Below are positions 57,646-64,000 of a stretch of DNA of 64,000 nt, piece after piece (position 1 is the stretch's first letter; each line of letters begins with the position of its first letter). The notes below the pieces were generated by a model that ran no database searches, was not told the origin of the DNA, and was given only the letters and a program-made list of their open reading frames with translations. The translations under genes and the position numbers were made by a program. Source of the DNA: a virus; the IMG/VR virus record IMGVR_UViG_3300020469_003050, positions 1-64,000 of that record; one strand, written 5' to 3'.

Positions 57646-59525
57646 TGAAACTTACACAATTAACCGAGAGTTTTGTAATCAATAACGATGAGTTTGAAGA
57701 TTACTTAAACCGTGGTACGGAACAACTCAAAACAGAATTAGAAGGTGGCAAGAATGCCCGTGATGCAATACATGATATTGCACAGACATTTTCAAGCCAA
57801 CATAATAAATCATACGAAGCATATGAACGTATGTCAGATAGTCTAGCGGCTAGAATGCACACACTAGATTTAGGTGGTGGTGAAAGTCTTCCTGCAATGG
57901 CTCCTGAAGTTCCAGCAATGGATCCTGAAGCACCAAGTGATATGGACATGTCTCCAGAACAACCAGATATGGATGTGGCTCCAGAACAACCAGGTATGGA
58001 TATGGAAACACCAGATGCAGAAGAAATGCCAAACGATGAAGAAATGGCAGACTATGATGCGGTAATGGCGAATAAGCCTGATGATACAGAAGAAAGTATC
58101 GAAGAATCTTCAACTGCTCTTAAAAATAAAGAAGATTATATGGCTAAACGTAAAGCATTACAAGATATTCAGATGGACCCTGACACAAGTAAAAACGAAG
58201 AACTTAAAAAAGAATTAATGCGTAGAAAAGCAGAACTTGAAGACCAAGCAAAAGCAATGGGTATTAAAGAAGGCACTATGATTGGTGGCTTAATGAAATA
58301 TGATGGTCAACCAGAAGAAGAATATTCTGAGGCTGTTGCAAAATATAATGAGTTTATGTCTAAACCTCGTCCAGCGAGTGAAGAAACAAGTGACATGATT
58401 ATGGGATTTGTTTTTGATGATGAACTATTAGATGATATGTACGTTGCACAAGACGAAGGTAACAAAGATGTTAGACCTATGGTTGCTAAGAGAATGGAAG
58501 AACTTGGTCATGCAAATGAATCAGTTTCAGAAGCAGATGAAAAACCATACATTTGTGTACATGCTGATAAAGGCAAACACGAATGTCATGCGACTTCTTC
58601 ATACGGAGCGGCTAAAAAGGCGGCTGAACATTGGGGAATGAAATCAACTGCTGGTATCGATGCAAATTTGGCAGTAGAAGAATCAGCAATGATTGAAGAA
58701 GGTGCAATGGATACTCTAAAGAAAATTGTAGCAGACAAACAAAACATGCCTGTTAAATTTGATGATGGTCAGATGAAAGTAGATTTATTTACTGCATCGG
58801 CTGTTACACAAGTTTATGATAAAGTAAACGATGCTAACAGAGAAAAAATTGACAACATGCTAAAAACTAAAGCTGGTATGCTTAAGATTGCAGACTTTGC
58901 CTTAGGTTCTATGAAAGAAGGCAAACTAGATACTGCTATGAACGTAGCAAAGAAAGTAGGTCAAGTAGCTGGTAAAGTTAAACAAGGCGCTGACATGGCT
59001 AAGAAAGGTATTGATACTGCAAAAGCTATAGGTAAATCTGGTCCTGCTCAAGCGGCTGGTGGAATTATCGGTAAAGTAGCAAAAGCCGTTGGTGCTGGTA
59101 TACAAAATAAGGCATCAGATTTAACTGGTGGACAAATCAAAAAGTCTAAAGTAAAAGTATTCAATGCAGACGATGTAGCAGACAGAATTGTTAACAATTC
59201 GGCTAGAATTGCAATGTCAGAGTACAATGAATTCTACAAAGAACTAGATAAAGCGGCTAAGCAAGGTAAGAAAGCTGGTGACTCTATCTCAGTTGGTGGT
59301 AAGAACATCAAACTAAAATCTAATCCAAAGAAAATGTCAGACCTAACTGACTCAGACTTTGTAAAGATTGATGCACTTGCACAGAAAGTAAATGAATTGG
59401 CTCCATTAGCCCCATTAGCGGGTGCGGCGGCAAGAGCCATTGGTGGAAAAGTTATCAAAAAAGCGATTAAGGCAAGTCCAGGTGCAAAGTTTGTCAGTGC
59501 AATGACAGGCGGAAATAAAGAATAA
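57645..59525 (+). CDS. large hypothetical protein with acidic P/E/M/D repeats and a K/A/G-rich C-terminal third
   Basis: 626 aa. PEVPAMDPEAPSDMDMSPEQPDMDVAPEQPGMDMETPDAEEMPNDEEM (nt about 57888-58065). The C-terminal region is rich in GKVxxG / KKG / AKA amphipathic repeats (nt about 58905-59525). Leader is MKLTQLTE. Confidence 0.7.
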   Translation: MKLTQLTESFVINNDEFEDYLNRGTEQLKTELEGGKNARDAIHDIAQTFSSQHNKSYEAYERMSDSLAARMHTLDLGGGESLPAMAPEVPAMDPEAPSDMDMSPEQPDMDVAPEQPGMDMETPDAEEMPNDEEMADYDAVMANKPDDTEESIEESSTALKNKEDYMAKRKALQDIQMDPDTSKNEELKKELMRRKAELEDQAKAMGIKEGTMIGGLMKYDGQPEEEYSEAVAKYNEFMSKPRPASEETSDMIMGFVFDDELLDDMYVAQDEGNKDVRPMVAKRMEELGHANESVSEADEKPYICVHADKGKHECHATSSYGAAKKAAEHWGMKSTAGIDANLAVEESAMIEEGAMDTLKKIVADKQNMPVKFDDGQMKVDLFTASAVTQVYDKVNDANREKIDNMLKTKAGMLKIADFALGSMKEGKLDTAMNVAKKVGQVAGKVKQGADMAKKGIDTAKAIGKSGPAQAAGGIIGKVAKAVGAGIQNKASDLTGGQIKKSKVKVFNADDVADRIVNNSARIAMSEYNEFYKELDKAAKQGKKAGDSISVGGKNIKLKSNPKKMSDLTDSDFVKIDALAQKVNELAPLAPLAGAAARAIGGKVIKKAIKASPGAKFVSAMTGGNKE

Positions 59526-59539
59526 TTTCAAAATAACTA

Positions 59540-59568
59540 TTGACTTTCGTAGTCACTTAATGTATTAT
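59540..59568 (+). promoter_or_regulatory. sigma70-type promoter upstream of the DNA polymerase operon
   Basis: TTGACT (59540-59545), 17 nt, TATTAT (59563-59568) with TG immediately upstream. Confidence 0.6.
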
Positions 59569-59569
59569 T

Positions 59570-59602
59570 AAAGAGTGTTTCAGAAATGGGACACTCTTTT
59601 TT
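59570..59602 (+). terminator. rho-independent terminator overlapping the predicted transcription start of the preceding promoter
   Basis: AAAGAGTGT (59570-59578), 12-nt loop, ACACTCTTT (59591-59599), T-run to 59602. Confidence 0.7.
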
Positions 59603-59621
59603 AACCTAAGGAGGTGACTAT

Positions 59622-59882
59622 ATGTCAATAGATACATTAAGTACAGAAGACAAAGCTAAGTTAAAGCAATTAGTAGATGAGGGATGCTCAGTACTACAAG
59701 AAGTTGACGACCTAAAAGGTGGTCTACGTGATACAGTTAAAGCAATCGCTGATGAGTTTGATATCAAACCAGGTGTTCTAAATAAAGCGATTAGCCTAGC
59801 ACATAAGGCAAAACTAACAGAAGCAAAACAAGACTTTGCTGATGTTGAGGAAGTGTTAGAGACTGTAGGACGTACCCTATAA
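59622..59882 (+). CDS. small acidic helical protein
   Basis: 86 aa. RBS AAGGAGG. Immediately precedes and is coupled to the DNA polymerase gene. Faint resemblance to the GapR/DUF2312 helix pattern (not relied on). Confidence 0.65.
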   Translation: MSIDTLSTEDKAKLKQLVDEGCSVLQEVDDLKGGLRDTVKAIADEFDIKPGVLNKAISLAHKAKLTEAKQDFADVEEVLETVGRTL

Positions 59883-62672
59883 ATGAGTTATGTAGACGCC
59901 TATTACAACAGAGATAAAGACATTGTTCAAGTCATAGAACGTGTCAATGGAAAACGTGTCTATAACGACTTCCCTGCATGGCGTACATTTTATGTCAAAG
60001 ATCCTAGAGGACAACACACTAGTATTCATGGTGACAAAGTACGTGAGATTAAATGCAAACGATTAAAAGATTTACACAAAGAGCGAAGAATAAACTCAGG
60101 TAAATCACTATACGAAAGCGATATCAAACCAGAAGTAAGATGTTTAAGTGAGAACTACAACGGTGTAGATTCTCCAAAGCTACATGTTGCGTTTTTTGAT
60201 ATCGAGGTAGACTTTGATGCAGATAAGGGATTTGCTCCTCCAGAGGATCCCTTTATGCCTATCACTGCAATTACTGTTTATCTACAGTGGTTAGATAAAC
60301 TAGTTACGTTTGCTATCCCTCCTAAGCATATGCAAGAAGGAGAAGGTCTAGAGGAAGCAGAACGAATCTGTAAACAATTCGATGATACATTTTTATATCT
60401 TGACGAAGTAGATATGTTAAATGACTTCATTGCATTAATTGATGATGCAGATGTTGTATCTGGTTGGAACTCAGAAGGTTTTGATATCCCATATACAGTT
60501 AGACGTATTACTCGTATGATGAGTAAATCACATACACGTAAACTTTGTTTGTGGGATTTACTTCCACACGAAAGACGGGTAGTTAAGTATGGTAGAGAAC
60601 AAATCACATATGACTTGTCAGGTCGTATTCACTTAGACTATCTTGAACTTTATCGTAAGTATACATATCATGAAATGCATTCATATTCACTTGATGCTAT
60701 TGGTGAGTATGAACTTGGTGAAAACAAAGTTCCATATGATGGAACTCTTGACCAATTATACAACAGAGATTTTTACAAGTACATTGAATATAACAGACAA
60801 GACGTTGCACTACTAGGCAACTTAGATAAAAAATTACAATTCATTGACTTAGCAAATGAGATTGCACACGACAACACAGTTAATATCAAAACAACTATGG
60901 GTGCAGTTGCAGTTACAGAACAAGCGATTATTAATGAGGCACATCGTAGAGATATGGTCGTGCCTGATAGAAAAGCTAAAGATTGGGGAGAAGATGATAT
61001 CGAACCAACTGATGCAGAACTAGAAGAAGCAGAGAAACAAAAAGCCGCAGGTGCTTTTGTGGCAAATCCAAAGACAGGTATTCAACGATGGGTATCAGGT
61101 ATTGATATCAATTCACTTTATCCTTCAATCATTCGTGCATTGAATATGTCTCCAGAAACTATTGTTGCACAACTTGAGCCAACTCTAACAGAGAAGATGA
61201 TTGGTGATAGAATTGCACATGGTAGACGAAATGGTAGTAAAGGTTTCGGTGCGGCTCAGGCTTGGGAAGATACGTTTAGTGCAGAAGAATTCAGACTAGT
61301 CAATGAAAAAGATAAGACAGAAAAGATTAATCTTAAATTAGAGTCAGGCGAAGTAGCAGACATGACTGGTGCAGAGATACATAACTTAGTATTTCATAGC
61401 GACTTGCAATGGGCTATTACTGCCAATGGCACTGTTCTTAAACAAGACGTACAAGGTATCATTCCTAGTTTATTAGAACGTTGGTATGCTGAACGTAAGA
61501 TACTACAAACGAACAAGAAGAAAGCTATTGAAGAAGGTGATAAAGAAAAGATTGCGTTCTGGGATAAACGACAACTAGTTAAAAAGATTAACTTGAATAG
61601 TTTGTATGGTGCGATTCTAAATCCAGGGTGTCGTTTCTATGATAAACGTATTGGTCAGAGTACAACTCTATCTGGTCGTTGTATCACAAGACATATGGGT
61701 GCTAAAACTAATGAAGTAATTGCTGGTACTTATGACTACAAAGGCGAGTCCATCATCTATGGCGATACAGATAGTATCTATTATTCTATGTATCCTGTTT
61801 ACAAGGAAGACATTGATGAAGGTAAGATTGAATGGACTAGAGAAAAAGTTATTGAACTGTATGATGAGATTGCAAATCAAGTCAATGCAAGTTTCCCTGA
61901 CTTTATGAAAGACTTCTTTAATTCTCCACGTAAGCAAGGTGAAATTATTGCGGCAGGTCGAGAGAACTGTGCAAGTATGGGTATCTTTATTAAGAAGAAA
62001 CGTTATGCAATGCTTATTTTTGATGATGAGGGTGTAAGAAAAGACGTAGATGGTAAACCTGGTAAAGTAAAAGCTATGGGTCTCGACTTGAAACGTAGTG
62101 ATACTCCTGATTATATGCAGAACTTTTTGAGTGATGTTCTTGTTAAAATTTTAACAGACGGAACGGAACAAGACGTAATCGAAATGGTTAAAGAGTTTAA
62201 AAAAGAATTCAGAGCAAAGCCTGGTTGGGAAAAGGGTACTCCTAAACGTGTTAACAATCTTACTATGTATAGAAATAAAGTAAAAAAGATTGCAAAGCAA
62301 CAAGGCAAAGATTTCAAACTAGAAGGCGAAGATAATAAGAAAGATAAAATTCATTTGCCAGGTCATGTCAGTGCGGCTTTGAATTGGAATACATTACGTG
62401 AACTTCATGCAGACAAATACTCTATTGAGATTGTTGATGGTATGAAAACTATTGTATGTAAACTAAAACCTAATGCGTTAAAAATGACAAGTGTTGCATA
62501 TCCAATTGATGAAAAACGTATCCCTGAATGGTTTCAAGAACTTCCTTTTGATGATGAGTTAATGGAAGCAACAATCATTGATAAGAAACTAGATAATCTT
62601 ATTGGTGTTCTTAAGTGGGACCTAAGTGATGCTGATGCATCTGAACAATTTACAAATCTATTTGAGTTTTAA
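59883..62672 (+). CDS. family B DNA polymerase (T4 gp43-like) with 3'-5' exonuclease domain
   Basis: 929 aa. Exo I FFDIEV, Exo II GWNSEGFDIPY, Exo III YNRQDVALL. Pol motif A DINSLYPS, motif B KKINLNSLYG, motif C YGDTDS. Confidence 0.95.
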   Translation: MSYVDAYYNRDKDIVQVIERVNGKRVYNDFPAWRTFYVKDPRGQHTSIHGDKVREIKCKRLKDLHKERRINSGKSLYESDIKPEVRCLSENYNGVDSPKLHVAFFDIEVDFDADKGFAPPEDPFMPITAITVYLQWLDKLVTFAIPPKHMQEGEGLEEAERICKQFDDTFLYLDEVDMLNDFIALIDDADVVSGWNSEGFDIPYTVRRITRMMSKSHTRKLCLWDLLPHERRVVKYGREQITYDLSGRIHLDYLELYRKYTYHEMHSYSLDAIGEYELGENKVPYDGTLDQLYNRDFYKYIEYNRQDVALLGNLDKKLQFIDLANEIAHDNTVNIKTTMGAVAVTEQAIINEAHRRDMVVPDRKAKDWGEDDIEPTDAELEEAEKQKAAGAFVANPKTGIQRWVSGIDINSLYPSIIRALNMSPETIVAQLEPTLTEKMIGDRIAHGRRNGSKGFGAAQAWEDTFSAEEFRLVNEKDKTEKINLKLESGEVADMTGAEIHNLVFHSDLQWAITANGTVLKQDVQGIIPSLLERWYAERKILQTNKKKAIEEGDKEKIAFWDKRQLVKKINLNSLYGAILNPGCRFYDKRIGQSTTLSGRCITRHMGAKTNEVIAGTYDYKGESIIYGDTDSIYYSMYPVYKEDIDEGKIEWTREKVIELYDEIANQVNASFPDFMKDFFNSPRKQGEIIAAGRENCASMGIFIKKKRYAMLIFDDEGVRKDVDGKPGKVKAMGLDLKRSDTPDYMQNFLSDVLVKILTDGTEQDVIEMVKEFKKEFRAKPGWEKGTPKRVNNLTMYRNKVKKIAKQQGKDFKLEGEDNKKDKIHLPGHVSAALNWNTLRELHADKYSIEIVDGMKTIVCKLKPNALKMTSVAYPIDEKRIPEWFQELPFDDELMEATIIDKKLDNLIGVLKWDLSDADASEQFTNLFEF

Positions 62673-63455
62673 ATGTGTAAAGTAGGAATAGTCGGGTCTA
62701 GTTATAGTGTAGGCAGACATCATAATTATGAAACTAAAGAAAACAATTTAGCATTGCCTTTCGAAGAATGGCTAAATCAATACACAACTAATATAAAGTT
62801 TTTTAATTCTGCTTGTTCAAGCAAAGGTACAGAACTTTACCTAAATAAGATTGTGTACTTAAAAGAAAAACATGACATTGATATTTTATTAATGGAGTTA
62901 GTAAACAATAGGTCACAGTTGAACTTTAAATGTCTTAGTCAACCTTATAAAAGAATAGAAGAAGTAAGTGATATGTCTGTTATCGAAGATGATGTGTATA
63001 GAGATTCAGCATCTATGTATGAATTTATGAGAGCATTAACGCAAGATATGGAAGAAGACTGGTTTGCAAAAACTAAGAAGGCTTTTATGTATTGGAAAGA
63101 AACACAAGAACAAATGGCTGTAAGCAATATGTCATTAGAATTTTGGGGTATGTTAGATGTATATCAAGCAATCAAACTATGTAAACTATTGAATATAAAA
63201 GTTGTAACATGGCATAAGTCTTGGGACTTTTTTGTTCATCCAGGCTTTAAATCAATGTTGGGTGATTCACTGTATGTAGATTTTAATGGTAAGAATGCAC
63301 ACGATTATTACGCAGAAAAGTATGGTGAAGAAAAAATACTTTGTGATGAAACACACTTTAATGACTTTGCCAATGAAGAAATGGTAAGAGACTTTATTGC
63401 ACCTGTATTAGAAAGAGCAAAAAAGATTGTTAATGTTAACAGGATGTCAAGGTAA
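62673..63455 (+). CDS. hypothetical protein
   Basis: 260-aa ORF coupled to the polymerase gene (TAAATG). The N-terminal VGIVGSSYSVG is faintly SGNH/GDSL-like; not relied on. Confidence 0.6.
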   Translation: MCKVGIVGSSYSVGRHHNYETKENNLALPFEEWLNQYTTNIKFFNSACSSKGTELYLNKIVYLKEKHDIDILLMELVNNRSQLNFKCLSQPYKRIEEVSDMSVIEDDVYRDSASMYEFMRALTQDMEEDWFAKTKKAFMYWKETQEQMAVSNMSLEFWGMLDVYQAIKLCKLLNIKVVTWHKSWDFFVHPGFKSMLGDSLYVDFNGKNAHDYYAEKYGEEKILCDETHFNDFANEEMVRDFIAPVLERAKKIVNVNRMSR

Positions 63456-64000
63456 TGTCATACACTGAACTAATAAATCGTAGAGCAACTAATGAGTCTT
63501 CTGATGAATGTTACACTCCAGAAGACCAAGTTATGCCTTTACTCAAATACTTGGATAAGGAGAAAACTTATTATGAAGCGACTAGTGAAAGAAGTGGTAG
63601 CATTGTGTCGGGATTTCGAAAATTCGGTTATTCTATTGTGCCTTCTGGCTCTAGGGATTTCTTTGATTGTACACGGAGTGATGTCTTTGATGGCATTATA
63701 ACAAATCCACCGTATAGTAAGAAAGACCAGTTTTTAGAACACTGCTATTCTTTAGAAAAACCCTTTGCATTATTACTTCCTGTTACAAGTTTTCAGGGTG
63801 CGAAGCGAGGGAAGATGTTTATGGACAAGGGAATGTCTGCACTTGTGTATAACTATAGGATAGATTTTACTGGAAAAGGATCACCTACTTTTGGGAATGC
63901 TTGGTTTATATGGGGTTTTATGCCTCCTAATCAAATACATTGGGTAGATAATCCAGTAGCAGGAAAAGTTAAAAAGAGTATTGACATTGGTATTGATTAG
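63455..64000 (+). CDS. N6-adenine DNA methyltransferase-like protein
   Basis: 181 aa. DECYTP near the N-terminus and catalytic motif IV IITNPPYS. The stop TAG is the last three bases of the window. Confidence 0.6.
   Translation: MSYTELINRRATNESSDECYTPEDQVMPLLKYLDKEKTYYEATSERSGSIVSGFRKFGYSIVPSGSRDFFDCTRSDVFDGIITNPPYSKKDQFLEHCYSLEKPFALLLPVTSFQGAKRGKMFMDKGMSALVYNYRIDFTGKGSPTFGNAWFIWGFMPPNQIHWVDNPVAGKVKKSIDIGID

Overview
Gene-dense, AT-rich 64-kb segment of a large tailed dsDNA bacteriophage genome. Evidence: bacterial-type TTGACW-N14-TGn-TATWWT promoters, Shine-Dalgarno sites, hairpin terminators, and T4-type replication genes (family B DNA polymerase, gp44/RFC-like clamp loader). I count about 87 plausible protein genes, mostly on the + strand, with many ATGA/TAATG start-stop overlaps. 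There are two minus-strand islands (0.5-4.7 kb and 38.4-45.0 kb). Six tRNA genes are present (Trp, Thr, Leu, Gly, Ala, Asp), all with genomically encoded CCA. A structural block (17.6-30.4 kb) holds giant repeat-rich fibre-like genes. The rest is a heavy auxiliary load: PhoH, IF-1, a J-domain protein plus ClpA-type unfoldase, and an ISC-type Fe-S set (HscB-like, two IscA, IscU) with ACP and a nitroreductase. It also includes a MotA/ExbB-like channel, pseudoazurin, an SSF transporter, two paralogous radical SAM enzymes, Smr, a RyR domain, 2OG-oxygenase-like proteins and an NMNAT-like nucleotidyltransferase. Best candidates for something new: (1) a 1216-aa ParB-like/SpoT-HD/CCA-adding/HAD-nucleotidase fusion; (2) the 49.8-59.5 kb gene run around it, whose products share a T4 capsid-targeting-like N-terminal leader and may be injected effectors; (3) a minus-strand modification-enzyme operon at 38.4-45.0 kb (mini adenylating enzyme, three sulfotransferase-fold paralogs, PP-loop ATPase, two cupin/oxygenase-like proteins); (4) the phage-borne Fe-S/ACP/proton-channel cluster at 32.2-36.2 kb; (5) an exported 941-aa Cys-repeat protein. 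All functional calls rest on motifs read by eye; no database search was possible.
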